A stretch of 64,000 nucleotides of DNA, from contig JBAZTS010000004.1 in NCBI GenBank assembly GCA_041661795.1, forward strand, positions 6,136 to 70,135, in the 5' to 3' direction. Every line of letters starts with the position of its first letter. Within the stretch, counting starts at the first letter, position 1. Both the position numbers and the translations under genes were made by a program. Shown here piece by piece: positions 1 to 9,086 of this stretch. The stretch comes from Minisyncoccota bacterium. GTDB lineage: Bacteria; Patescibacteriota; Minisyncoccia; UBA6257; JAGOQP01. Under the pieces are notes generated by a model. It was given only the letters and a program-made list of their open reading frames with translations, made no database searches and was not told where the DNA came from.

Positions 1-3
1 CGT

Positions 4-936
4 GTGGCTATTGCTCCTTCAGAATTTGGAGAGGTCGTAGTTATGCGTCTTTTGGATCCTGATGCTATTAATTTAACTCTACAAGATCTGGGATTTAGAG
101 ACGATGATTTAAAAATAGTTGAAGAGCAACTTAATAAACCATACGGGATGGCACTTAATACTGGTCCTACCGGTTCTGGAAAAACAACAACTCTCTACGC
201 GTTTCTAAGACACAAAATTAGTTCAGAAATAAAAATTATTACAATTGAAGATCCTATTGAATATCATCTGAAAGGAATAGAGCAGACACAGGTTAATAAT
301 GAAGCGGGCTATTCATTCGCTTCTGGACTCAGGTCTCTTATGAGACAGGACCCAGACGTTATTCTGGTTGGTGAAATAAGAGACAAAGAAACGGCTGAGA
401 TCGCCGTGCAGGCGGCTTTAACGGGTCATTTGGTGTTCTCTACGGTTCATGCTAACGAATCGGCCTCTGCTGTTCCTCGTCTTGTGGATTTGGGGGTTAA
501 AGCGGCTAGCTTAGCTCCGGCCTTAAATCTTCTAATCGCCCAGAGATTAGTTAGGCGTCTTTGTAAGTTCTGTAAAGTAAAAGAAAAAACCATCAACAAT
601 GAACTTTGGGAAATGATAAAAAAATATGTGGAAGCAATGCCCGCAAGAGTTGATAAGGAAAAGTATTTAAAAAATATTGAGATTTATAAACCAGCCAGTT
701 GTGATAAATGCAACAACACCGGTTATAAGGGAAGAGTCGGTATATATGAACTTTTAGTAATCAATGAAAAAATTCAAGAATTGATTATGAAAGAAGCCGG
801 GCAATTGGAAATAGAAAAAGAAATAAAAAGCACTGATTTTGTTTCTATGAAACAAGATGGAGTTTTAAAGTTAATTTCTGGATTAACGACATTAGAAGAA
901 ATAGAAGACGTAGCTGGAAAAGTTGAGTGGATTTAA
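4..936 (+). CDS. Type II/IV secretion-system ATPase (PilB/GspE family), C-terminal part; 5' end lies outside the window
   Basis: Walker A 'GPTGSGKTTT'. Conserved GspE/PilB core, Asp/His boxes and a C-terminal Cys4 'CDKC..C' Zn motif. The ORF runs to the window start. Confidence 0.85.
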   Translation: MAIAPSEFGEVVVMRLLDPDAINLTLQDLGFRDDDLKIVEEQLNKPYGMALNTGPTGSGKTTTLYAFLRHKISSEIKIITIEDPIEYHLKGIEQTQVNNEAGYSFASGLRSLMRQDPDVILVGEIRDKETAEIAVQAALTGHLVFSTVHANESASAVPRLVDLGVKAASLAPALNLLIAQRLVRRLCKFCKVKEKTINNELWEMIKKYVEAMPARVDKEKYLKNIEIYKPASCDKCNNTGYKGRVGIYELLVINEKIQELIMKEAGQLEIEKEIKSTDFVSMKQDGVLKLISGLTTLEEIEDVAGKVEWI

Positions 937-991
937 AGCCTATTAATTCCAATTATTCCATCATTTTATTATTTAATTGTTATATTGCGTT

Positions 992-1029
992 ATTATGTCC
1001 GATGTAGCGATCGTTACATCGGACATAAT
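992..1029. repeat. 38-nt near-perfect palindrome (ATTATGTCCGATGTAGCGATCGTTACATCGGACATAAT) just upstream of ORF 1054..1656
   Basis: Read directly. Self-complementary except for one G/A position. It is partnered by an inverted, related palindrome at 1685..1722. Confidence 0.8.
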
Positions 1030-1053
1030 AAAGAAAGCAGTTGATAATTTAAT

Positions 1054-1656
1054 TTGTTTAATTATATAACGACCATGAAAGGGGATAAAACTTTAGAAGT
1101 TCTTGAATTATTAGAGGGAGGATTTGAATTTTTCGGAGCTTTTGTCGAGGCCTTTCTCTCGGCAGGTTATGGAGCTTCCTCAAGTAGATTAGATTATGAG
1201 CACAATAAGGCGCTTGACAGAAGATCCGAAGAAAAACAGAAATTGGAAGAACGCAGACGTTTACACAGTTTGATTTATAAACTCAAAAAAGAAGGGTTAA
1301 TAACTTCCGCAAAAAAGAAAGAAAGCATTCCGTTTCTTACAAAAAAAGGAATTGCAAGTTTAAAAATCTTAAGAAAAAAGAAATCAAACAGTTTACCTGT
1401 TCCAGATTACAAAACAAACAAGTCAAACGACATCACAATTGTCACTTTTGATGTACCCGAAAAAGAAAAAAGAAAGAGGTATTGGCTTAGAGTGGCTTTG
1501 AAAAATATGGATTTTTATATGATTCAAAAAAGTGTTTGGTTTGGGAAGGTAGGACTTCCGGAAAGTTTCATAGAAGACGTTAGAAGAATAAACGTACTTG
1601 GCTATTTGGAAATATTCAAAGTCACTAAATCGGGAACGTTAAGAAAAATCACTTAA
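1054..1656 (+). CDS. Hypothetical wHTH-like protein with a C-terminal Cas2/VapD-like (PaaX-C-like) segment
   Basis: The C-terminal 'ITIVTFDVPEKEKRKRYWLRVALKNMDFYMIQKSVWFGK' resembles the Cas2-type beta-alpha-beta core (VTYDV..RR..V.K.L...G.RVQ.SVF). The N-terminus is basic and HTH-like. No CRISPR array is nearby. Confidence 0.4.
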   Translation: MFNYITTMKGDKTLEVLELLEGGFEFFGAFVEAFLSAGYGASSSRLDYEHNKALDRRSEEKQKLEERRRLHSLIYKLKKEGLITSAKKKESIPFLTKKGIASLKILRKKKSNSLPVPDYKTNKSNDITIVTFDVPEKEKRKRYWLRVALKNMDFYMIQKSVWFGKVGLPESFIEDVRRINVLGYLEIFKVTKSGTLRKIT

Positions 1657-1684
1657 CCGATTAAGAGCTGATTAGAAATTGTCC

Positions 1685-1722
1685 ATTATGTCCTACGTAA
1701 CGATCGCTACGTAGGACATAAT
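1685..1722. repeat. 38-nt near-perfect palindrome (ATTATGTCCTACGTAACGATCGCTACGTAGGACATAAT) downstream of ORF 1054..1656
   Basis: Read directly. It shares the ATTATGTCC/GGACATAAT ends and the CGATCG centre with 992..1029. Its core is the reverse complement of the first palindrome's core. Confidence 0.8.
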
Positions 1723-1809
1723 GAAATATTTAGATTATTTATAGAAAAGAAAGCGCCACGTTGGATGTCCGTGGCGGGAGGGTGCGGGGTGTAGGCGCGG
1801 CGAGGGACG

Positions 1810-2091
1810 CTAGTCGTCGTCTTCGTCGATGTCGAGATCGGCGAGAGCGTTCTTTCTGGCGCTGGATGTGGAGGATGACGGCTGGTTCCTGAACCTTGGG
1901 CTCGCATTGAACCAGATTATGAAACCCATGTCACTCAACACCAGGATCGTCATGAGGGCGGCCCAGATTCTTTCGATGTTGGTGGGAACGTCTCCCTTGC
2001 TGTCGGCGTATGCCGACACCCAAAGGAGCAGTCCCAACATCATCATAGTCAAGATCCCCAGATTCAGAAGGCCCACTTTCATCTTAGTCAT
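1810..2091 (-). CDS. Small membrane protein (93 aa, two TM segments, acidic C-terminus) in a GC-rich segment
   Basis: Hydrophobic ORF with an upstream GGAGA ribosome-binding site inside a duplicated motif 'TCTCCCGCGATGAGCTC'. A downstream hairpin plus T-run terminator sits at about 1750-1785 on the minus strand. GC content is much higher than the flanks. Confidence 0.5.
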   Translation of the reverse strand: MTKMKVGLLNLGILTMMMLGLLLWVSAYADSKGDVPTNIERIWAALMTILVLSDMGFIIWFNASPRFRNQPSSSTSSARKNALADLDIDEDDD

Positions 2092-2143
2092 TTTCTTCTC
2101 TTCTTTTCTCCCGCGATGAGCTCACGGGGGGCTTGTTTTACGT

Positions 2144-2338
2144 CTATGACCGGGGGGCGATTTGGGCGATGATGTATAGGAGGGAAACTAAGAAAATCAC
2201 CATTCCCGAGAAGAACAGAACCTCAAGGAACAGTGACCTTACCTGTCCACTCTTGTCGAAGAACGGGTGGAGCACCAAAAGAAATGGTGAGAGGAAGAGG
2301 ATAATTCCCACTATCATGAAAACCTGAGCGGTGTGCAT
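2144..2338 (-). CDS. Small membrane protein (64 aa, two TM segments), first gene of a GC-rich two-gene operon
   Basis: Hydrophobic ORF. The same 'GAGCTCATCGCGGGAGA' upstream motif as the downstream gene. GC-rich. Confidence 0.5.
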   Translation of the reverse strand: MHTAQVFMIVGIILFLSPFLLVLHPFFDKSGQVRSLFLEVLFFSGMVIFLVSLLYIIAQIAPRS

Positions 2339-2403
2339 CTCTATCTCTTTCTCCCGCGATGAGCTCGCGAGTAGCTCTACGTACTGCGTTTATTTATATA
2401 GAA

Positions 2404-2555
2404 ATCGCCTGATTCTGTGGACAACTGTGTGGGTGTAATCTCTGCGATCAGGCAGAGACATATAGAATTCTTCAGAGGAGAAGAATAGCCGGAGCCGTTC
2501 TTTCCTTGGCGTAGAAAAATTCCAAAAGTGTGTCCACAGGATCAGGCGATCCTGT
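2404..2555. promoter_or_regulatory. Inverted repeats ATCGCCTGAT(T/C)CTGTGGACA (2404-2428 and 2531-2555) plus palindrome TCTCTGCGATCAGGCAGAGA (about 2441-2462), upstream of the minus-strand small-protein operon
   Basis: Read directly; candidate operator sites. Confidence 0.4.
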
Positions 2556-2657
2556 TTTATTTAAAAATTACTTTTAGGATGATAGCATATTATCAGCAAG
2601 ATGTCAAGTTGGCGATTTATTCGTTGGTATGTGTTATAATAGCCGTACAAACAAATC

Positions 2658-3659
2658 ATGTCAAGACCCATAAAACACAGGTTATCAAGCCGTCTTTCTC
2701 CAGAGGAAAAGAGCATAGATTCGGCTCTAAGGCCTCTTTCTTGGGACCAATATATAGGCCAGGAAAGGATAAAAAACAATCTTTGGACAATGATGGAGGC
2801 CGCTAAAAAAAGAAACGAATCAATTGAACATTTGTTATTCTATGGTCAGGCAGGCTTGGGAAAAACTACCTTAGCCAACATAGTTGCCAAAGAAATGGGA
2901 TGTTCCATAAGAACTACCTCAGGACCGGTTATTGAAAAATCGGGGGACTTGGCGGCCATTCTTTCCTCTTTGGAACAAGGAGACGTTCTTTTTATAGACG
3001 AAGCTCATCGCATCAACAAAAGCATAGAAGAAATGCTTTATCCGGCCATGGAATCAAAAAAACTTCATCTGATTATAGGAAAAGGTCCATCAGCCAGAAT
3101 GATGACTATTGACCTTCCAGATTTTACATTAATTGCCGCTACCACCAGATTAAATCTTCTATCATCTCCCTTAAGATCAAGATTTGGGGCCGTTATAAAA
3201 TTGGATTATTATGAACATAAAGACATTAAAAAAATTATAGAAAGATCCGCTTCCATATTAAAAATAAAAATAAACAAAGAAGCGGTGGAAGTTATCGCTT
3301 CGGCCGCAAGATTTACTCCAAGAATTGCCAATCGTCTTTTAAAAAGAGTCCGAGACACTGCTCAGGTACAAAACAAAGATATTATAGACGGGGAAATAGC
3401 TAAAAAAACTTTGGAAATGTTTGAAATAGATTTTTTGGGTCTAGAAGAATATGACAGACGTCTTTTAAAAACTGTTATAGAAAAATTTAACGGAGGACCA
3501 GTGGGACTTTCCAGCTTGGCGGCGGCTTTAGGGGAAGACAAGGGCGCCATAGAAGATGTTTATGAGCCCTATCTTATAAAAATGGGTCTTTTACAGAGAA
3601 CTTCTTCAGGGAGAGTTGTTAGTCAACTTGCCAGAGAACACTTAGAGAGTAGTGGGTAG
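2658..3659 (+). CDS. ruvB: Holliday junction branch-migration helicase RuvB
   Basis: AAA+ Walker A 'GQAGLGKTTLA', Walker B 'LFIDEAHR', sensor and winged-helix C-terminus typical of RuvB. Confidence 0.9.
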   Translation: MSRPIKHRLSSRLSPEEKSIDSALRPLSWDQYIGQERIKNNLWTMMEAAKKRNESIEHLLFYGQAGLGKTTLANIVAKEMGCSIRTTSGPVIEKSGDLAAILSSLEQGDVLFIDEAHRINKSIEEMLYPAMESKKLHLIIGKGPSARMMTIDLPDFTLIAATTRLNLLSSPLRSRFGAVIKLDYYEHKDIKKIIERSASILKIKINKEAVEVIASAARFTPRIANRLLKRVRDTAQVQNKDIIDGEIAKKTLEMFEIDFLGLEEYDRRLLKTVIEKFNGGPVGLSSLAAALGEDKGAIEDVYEPYLIKMGLLQRTSSGRVVSQLAREHLESSG

Positions 3660-3854
3660 TAGCATTTTAATTAAGTAAGAATTATTGTTTCTTGAACCCG
3701 CTTCGCTTTGACCAGCGACTCGCTCGCTTGTCCTCATCGTTTTGCTGTCCGCTCTTAGCGGACAGACCATGCCAAAACGATTCCGGGGGTTCTACAAAAC
3801 AACAATTCTCACTTAAGTAGCTAACTATAATAATGGTTCAAGAAAATGTTTTTC

Positions 3855-3930
3855 TGACCGCCCGGAAGCCGGCTGGGCTGAGGTAGAGGGATTTTTCAGC
3901 AGAAAAATACCCGGGTCTGAAAAATAGTTT
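3855..3930 (+). repeat. Roughly 75-nt intergenic repeat element (CCGCCCGGAAGCCGGCTGGGCTGAGGTAGAGGGATTTTTCAGCAGAAAAATACCCGGGTC); an inverted copy lies at 63575..63650
   Basis: About 85% identity to the reverse complement of 63575-63650. It is embedded in a region with TTTCTTGAACC / GGTTCAAGAAA inverted repeats (3693, 3838, 3924). Confidence 0.7.
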
Positions 3931-3952
3931 CTTGAACCAAGATAACCGAAGT

Positions 3953-5494
3953 TTAAATCAGATGGTTCAATAAGCTTTGGCCGGACATATCGTCCGGTTT
4001 TTTTATTTCCATTAACTCTAAAATCGTGGGAGCTACGTCGGCCAACATTCCTATGGTGATTTTTTCCTTTTCTTTTATATTAAATTGATCTTGGGGTTTT
4101 TGGAAAATTTTTCCAACTAAATATATCGGAACCGGACTTGGGTCGTGTTTGGTTTCCGGCTCACCCGTTACAGGATTAAACAATCTTTCTACGTTACCAT
4201 GGTCGCTAGTGATAATCACAATTGTATCTTTAGCTAAAGACGATTGGATAATCTTTCCTATCTGCTCGTCTATTATCTCCACCGCTTTTAATGATGCCTG
4301 ATAATTTCCCGTATGAGCTATCATGTCGGGATTAGCAAAATTAACCAATATAAAACTAAAAACTCCTTCTTCTATTGCTTGTATGGTCCTTGTAGTGATA
4401 GCAGGAGCCATCATTTGCGGGTCGTCTTCCTGGCGGGGAATCATTTTGGACGGGATTAAAATACGGTATTCGTTTTCAAAAGGTTTGTCGTCTAAACCGT
4501 TAAAAAAGAAAGTAACATGGGCGTATTTTTGGGTCTCGGCTATTCTCAATTGACTGGCTCCGTTATCCGCTAAAATTTTTCCTAAAGGATTTTTGACTAT
4601 CTGTGGAGGAAAGGCGGTGGGGATTTTATAGTCCTCTCTTATTTGTGTCATTGAGGCGACAAAAATATTTTCAAATTTGTTGGTTTGGAAATAAGCAAAA
4701 TCAGGATTAACAAAAGCCTCGGATATTTGTCTTAAGCGATCTTCTCTAAAATTAAAAAAGAATATAGAGTCATTATTTTCCACCGATCTTTTTTGGGACT
4801 CAATGATTACCGGCATAACAAATTCGTCATTTAGATTTTTGTCGTAAGTTTTTTGGATATGACTTTTTATTCCATCTTCTTTTATAATCTGAGCTTTTCC
4901 GGTTATCGCATCGTAAGTTCTGGCGGTTAAATCCCAGTGCTTGTCTCTATCCATAGCATAATATCTTCCTGAGACGCTTGCGATTTTTTCCTGGGGAAGC
5001 TTGGATATTAACGAAAAAGAAGAGTAAGGAGCGCTGTCTCTTCCGTCAGTAAAAACATGTATAAAATAACCCACCCCTTCTTTTTGGGCTATTTCCATTA
5101 AGGCGGTCAGATGTTCCATAGATGAATGGATATTGGCTTCTCCTATTAATCCCACAAAATGAATGCGAGATTTATTTTTTTTGGCGTGATTAACTGCCGC
5201 AAGCACCGTTTCGTTTTTAAAAAAACTTCTATCTCTTACCGCTAAACTTATTCTGGGAAAATGTTGGTAGATTATTTTTCCGGCCCCCATGGTCAAATGG
5301 CCAACTTCACTGTTTCCTTCTTCCCCCCAAGGAAGACCAACGGCAATGCCGGATGCTTGCAAAGCGCCTGATGGGAAATTATTTTTTATGTATTCTATGT
5401 TTTTGGGTTTGGCGACGTATATTGGGTTTGATTGATTTTCTTGTCCAATGCCCCATCCGTCCAAAACCACTAAAACAACAGGTTTTCTAGCCAT
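3953..5494 (-). CDS. gpmI: 2,3-bisphosphoglycerate-independent phosphoglycerate mutase
   Basis: Full-length iPGM similarity (MARKPVVLVVLDGWG..., metal-binding Ser/His/Asp motifs). The likely start is the internal Met at about 5494, not the ORF-track start at 5560. Confidence 0.88.
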   Translation of the reverse strand: MARKPVVLVVLDGWGIGQENQSNPIYVAKPKNIEYIKNNFPSGALQASGIAVGLPWGEEGNSEVGHLTMGAGKIIYQHFPRISLAVRDRSFFKNETVLAAVNHAKKNKSRIHFVGLIGEANIHSSMEHLTALMEIAQKEGVGYFIHVFTDGRDSAPYSSFSLISKLPQEKIASVSGRYYAMDRDKHWDLTARTYDAITGKAQIIKEDGIKSHIQKTYDKNLNDEFVMPVIIESQKRSVENNDSIFFFNFREDRLRQISEAFVNPDFAYFQTNKFENIFVASMTQIREDYKIPTAFPPQIVKNPLGKILADNGASQLRIAETQKYAHVTFFFNGLDDKPFENEYRILIPSKMIPRQEDDPQMMAPAITTRTIQAIEEGVFSFILVNFANPDMIAHTGNYQASLKAVEIIDEQIGKIIQSSLAKDTIVIITSDHGNVERLFNPVTGEPETKHDPSPVPIYLVGKIFQKPQDQFNIKEKEKITIGMLADVAPTILELMEIKKPDDMSGQSLLNHLI

Positions 5495-5641
5495 TGCATC
5501 AATGATAATACAAAACCAGTTGACTGTAAAAGAACAAAGGACTATTATAAACTTGTTCAATTTTAAATTTAATTATTTTTCAGATGAATTCTTTAACAAA
5601 TCAATTGAATATCCCAAGGAAGAATCTGAAGATTTTCTACC

Positions 5642-7168
5642 ATGGAAAACAATTTAGTCGCCTACTTGATAGGCGCGCTGGTTTTTGGTGTGGTTGCGGG
5701 TTATTTTGTCCGTCACTTTTTGGTTTCTCGTCAATCGGCTTCAATCGAGCAGACAACTAAAAGACAGCTTGAAGAAAGCAGGTCAAAGGCCAATGAAATA
5801 GTATTGGAGGCGCAAGAAAAGTCCGCCGGTATTTTGGATGAAATAAAAAAGGAAGAAAAAGAAAGAAAAGTTCAGTTGGATAAGGTTGAAGAAAGATTAA
5901 TGAGGAAAGAAGAATCCTTGGAAAAGGAATCTTCGGATATAAGAGAAAAAGAAAAATCGGTTGTTGTTGATATAGAAAAGATAAATCAGGCCAAATCTTA
6001 TATAGAACAATTAAAAAAAGATCTTTCTTTGCAATTGGAAAAAATTGCCGGCTTGAGCTCTCAAGAGGCAAAAGATTTACTTCTAAAAGAAGTTTCTCAA
6101 AAATATAGGCAAGATATTACCGACTATGTTGGGAAAATGATGAAGGAAAGAAGAGAGGAGATAGAAAAAAAATCCATAGAAATTTTGGCAACTGCCATGC
6201 AAAGATACAGTCGTTCTTCGGCTGCCGAGCTTACAACTACAGCAGTGCCTCTGCCCGATGAAGAATTTAAAGGAAAAATAATAGGAAAAGAAGGAAGAAA
6301 CATAAGAGCTTTTGAAAGATTAACCGGAGTTGAATTAATTATTGACGAAACCCCGGACAGTATTGTAATTTCTTCTTTTGACCCAGTCAGAAGAGAGGTG
6401 GCCAAAAGCGCTTTGGAAAAATTAATAAAAGATGGAAGAATTCAACCGGCCAAGATAGAAGAAAAAGTGGAAGAGGCCACTCAAGAAATTGCCAAGAAAA
6501 TAATGGAAGCCGGAGAAGCGGCCGCTTACGAGGTTGGAGTTTATGATTTACCCAAAGAAATCGTTCAACTTCTTGGACGACTTGCCTATCGTACCAGTTA
6601 TGGTCAAAACGTTTTAAGACATTCGGTAGAAGTTACTCATTTTGCCGGAATGTTAGCCGAAGAGCTTGGTCTTAATGCTGAAATAGCCAAAAGGGGAGCG
6701 CTTTTGCATGACATAGGAAAGTCAATTGACCATGAAGTTCCAGGAAGCCATGTGGATATAGGAAGAAAGATACTCAAAAAATACAATATTGATGAAAGGG
6801 TGATAAATGCCATGGAAGCTCACCATGAGGAGTATCCTTACGCTATTCCCGAGGCCTACGTCGTCTCTACTGCAGACGCTATCTCAGCGGCAAGACCTGG
6901 GGCTAGAAGAGATACCTTGGAAAATTACCTTAAACGCCTGGGGGAATTGGAGCAAATTGCTTCCAGTTTTGAAGGAGTTAAGAATTCATACGCCATTTCG
7001 GCCGGAAGAGAGCTGAGAATATTTGTTGTTCCTGAGAAAATAGACGATTTTGGGGCTTTGGAATTAGCCAGATCAATAGCCAAGAAGGTAGAATCGGAAT
7101 TAAAGTATCCTGGGGAGATAAGAGTAGTGGTAATCAGGGAAACCAGAGCGGTAGAGTATGCTCGCTAA
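5642..7168 (+). CDS. rny: Ribonuclease Y
   Basis: N-terminal TM helix, coiled coil, KH domain (GKIIGKEGRNIRAFE) and HD domain (LLHDIGK...). Confidence 0.9.
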   Translation: MENNLVAYLIGALVFGVVAGYFVRHFLVSRQSASIEQTTKRQLEESRSKANEIVLEAQEKSAGILDEIKKEEKERKVQLDKVEERLMRKEESLEKESSDIREKEKSVVVDIEKINQAKSYIEQLKKDLSLQLEKIAGLSSQEAKDLLLKEVSQKYRQDITDYVGKMMKERREEIEKKSIEILATAMQRYSRSSAAELTTTAVPLPDEEFKGKIIGKEGRNIRAFERLTGVELIIDETPDSIVISSFDPVRREVAKSALEKLIKDGRIQPAKIEEKVEEATQEIAKKIMEAGEAAAYEVGVYDLPKEIVQLLGRLAYRTSYGQNVLRHSVEVTHFAGMLAEELGLNAEIAKRGALLHDIGKSIDHEVPGSHVDIGRKILKKYNIDERVINAMEAHHEEYPYAIPEAYVVSTADAISAARPGARRDTLENYLKRLGELEQIASSFEGVKNSYAISAGRELRIFVVPEKIDDFGALELARSIAKKVESELKYPGEIRVVVIRETRAVEYAR

Positions 7169-7294
7169 TTATTGGCTTGATTGCTTGTCTTTTATCTAGT
7201 GCTTATATATAATTATTAGAGTCATTTAAGTCCGCCGGTTTTGAGGGCGGGAAAACAAAGGTCGGGAATTGTTTACAAGATTTTATTTAATAAT

Positions 7295-7570
7295 ATGAAA
7301 AAACCAGAATTAATTGAGGCAGTTATGAAAGTTGCCGGAATAGAAGTAAAAAAGCAGGCAACTATGGCTGTGGAGGCGGTTTTTGATACTATCGCCAAAA
7401 CATTAGGCAAGGGAGAGGAAGTATCCGTTCCTGGATTTGGAGTTTTTAAAATTTCCAAAAGAGCCGCCAGAGAAGGAATTAATCCTCGAACCGGAGAAAA
7501 GATTCATATCTCTGCTTCAACCAAACCGAAATTCAGAGCCGCAAAAGCCCTCAAAGAAGCGGTTTTATAG
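7295..7570 (+). CDS. hup: DNA-binding protein HU
   Basis: HU/IHF signature (MKKPELIEAV..., 'GFGVFKISKRAAREGINPRTGEKIHI'). Start taken at the internal Met. A rho-independent terminator follows. Confidence 0.88.
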   Translation: MKKPELIEAVMKVAGIEVKKQATMAVEAVFDTIAKTLGKGEEVSVPGFGVFKISKRAAREGINPRTGEKIHISASTKPKFRAAKALKEAVL

Positions 7571-7589
7571 ATTAAAGTTGATGGAAAAT

Positions 7590-7625
7590 AAAAACCCTCT
7601 TACTTTTATAAGAGGGTTTTTGATT
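7590..7625 (+). terminator. Rho-independent terminator (AAAAACCCTCTTACTTTTATAAGAGGGTTTTTGATTT)
   Basis: GC stem-loop plus U-run downstream of hup. It likely also serves the convergent minus-strand gene. Confidence 0.7.
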
Positions 7626-7632
7626 TAATCTT

Positions 7633-8553
7633 TTATTTTATTAAATTCTTTGCGTTCAAACTCATTTTTATAAAAACATCGTAAGCCAACATTATTTTTT
7701 CAAATGATTGGGATATAATATTTTCAATATATTTTGAAGCTCTTTCTTGTATAACCTCTTCTTCTCCGTTGGATGGCATAAATTTATTATTTTTGTCCAA
7801 TTCATTTTTTAAATTTTTAAAAAAACTTTCTACCGACAAATCTCTAATCGGCGCATAAACGTTAAATATTATTTCCTTGGATTTGTCATTAAGTTGGTGT
7901 CCGTCTTCTATGTATCCCGAGGCCTGATCCAAAAGATTTTTAAGAGCCGGATTTTTAGTAAGTTTTTTGGAGTAGATTTTATTTATATCAATGCTCACTT
8001 TTTCCAATCTTTGGTCAGCCAGTTCTAAAATTTCTGAGATATTAAAAACGGCTATTACATTGTTTAATTTATAAAGAAAAGCGTCTATTTCCAGCGTCTT
8101 TTTGGTCTCTATGTTTTTGGCCATTTCTTTTAAATCCTCTATGGATATTTGGTCGTTGTTGTCTATCTTACTAATCTGGTCTTTATAAAAAACTGAGAAT
8201 TCATCTAATGTTTTGATGAATTTTTCCCTTATTTTTGTCCAATCATCGGTCTGGGGAAAAGAAATCATCTCCAGCTTTTCCTTGGAATCTTCTACTTGTC
8301 CCAAAGAAAGATCAATTACACTTTTAACTATTTTTATTCTTAAATCTGTCTCAGATTTTACTTTGTCTTCATCTGAAATTTTACTATCGTCTTTTATAGT
8401 AAAGAGTTTTTCCACGTCTTCTTTTGTCTGAGAGAGTTTCTCTTCTGTTTCCAGGTCTCCCGCTAAAACATTTTGGAAATTAAAAATAAAAATGCTTGTT
8501 ATTAAAACAAGAAAGGCGAGCGATTTTATTTTTTTATTATTTAAGAATTCCAT
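7633..8553 (-). CDS. Hypothetical secreted coiled-coil protein (signal peptide)
   Basis: N-terminal signal or anchor. Last gene of the sigma factor/anti-sigma/secreted-protein operon. Same three-gene layout as the 13472-15469 module, whose sigma factor is a clear paralog. Confidence 0.5.
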   Translation of the reverse strand: MEFLNNKKIKSLAFLVLITSIFIFNFQNVLAGDLETEEKLSQTKEDVEKLFTIKDDSKISDEDKVKSETDLRIKIVKSVIDLSLGQVEDSKEKLEMISFPQTDDWTKIREKFIKTLDEFSVFYKDQISKIDNNDQISIEDLKEMAKNIETKKTLEIDAFLYKLNNVIAVFNISEILELADQRLEKVSIDINKIYSKKLTKNPALKNLLDQASGYIEDGHQLNDKSKEIIFNVYAPIRDLSVESFFKNLKNELDKNNKFMPSNGEEEVIQERASKYIENIISQSFEKIMLAYDVFIKMSLNAKNLIK

Positions 8554-8555
8554 TT

Positions 8556-9086
8556 TTATTGAGAAAGCGCTTTAATAATTGAATTTAAATCGCTATTCAT
8601 TGTGGTTGAATCTAGATCTCCCGATTGGATAACTTTTGTTTCTTTATCAAGTATGGTCTGGTTTAAGTGGTTGAATTGATCTTTTGACACCTGGTCTAAA
8701 ACCTTTAAACTTTCCGCTGATGTTTTTTGAAAATGATCCAATTGGGATATCTGAATATTTATATTAGAATTGACGATCTCAGCTTCGGCTACCACTTTCT
8801 TTTCATTTAATCCCGGCAGAAACAAAGGGGAAAGTTCTCTAGTGGCATAATAAACCGAAACTAAAATCACCAAACTTCCAAGAACAAAAGAAATGGCTCT
8901 TGGGGCGTAGGTGAAGTAATTTAATATGGAAAAGGAACCATTGCCGATGCTAACGGCTAAATTTCCCTCCTCGTTATGAATTTGTTGACTCTGAAGAACC
9001 AATCTTTTTGAAGAAGCCGAAAAATCATTCTTTGGATGAATGTTTTTAAAACTTCCTAGTATAGATTTTAATCTTTTGGTTTCCAT
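8556..9086 (-). CDS. Putative anti-sigma factor (single-pass membrane protein)
   Basis: Single TM segment. The start overlaps the stop of the ECF sigma gene. Position equivalent to 14034..14687. Confidence 0.45.
   Translation of the reverse strand: METKRLKSILGSFKNIHPKNDFSASSKRLVLQSQQIHNEEGNLAVSIGNGSFSILNYFTYAPRAISFVLGSLVILVSVYYATRELSPLFLPGLNEKKVVAEAEIVNSNINIQISQLDHFQKTSAESLKVLDQVSKDQFNHLNQTILDKETKVIQSGDLDSTTMNSDLNSIIKALSQ

Noticed and set aside
985-1735. Possible CRISPR-Cas remnant, because ORF 1054-1656 has a Cas2-like segment and is flanked by palindromes
   Set aside because: Only two palindromes are present. There is no array of regularly spaced direct repeats with spacers, and no cas1 or other cas genes anywhere in the window.
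3953-5560. ORF-track start at 5560 for gpmI (MNKFIIVLCSFTVNWFCIIIDA...)
   Set aside because: The conserved iPGM N-terminus begins at the internal Met (MARKPVVLVVLDGWG). The upstream 22 codons look like a read-through of the intergenic region.
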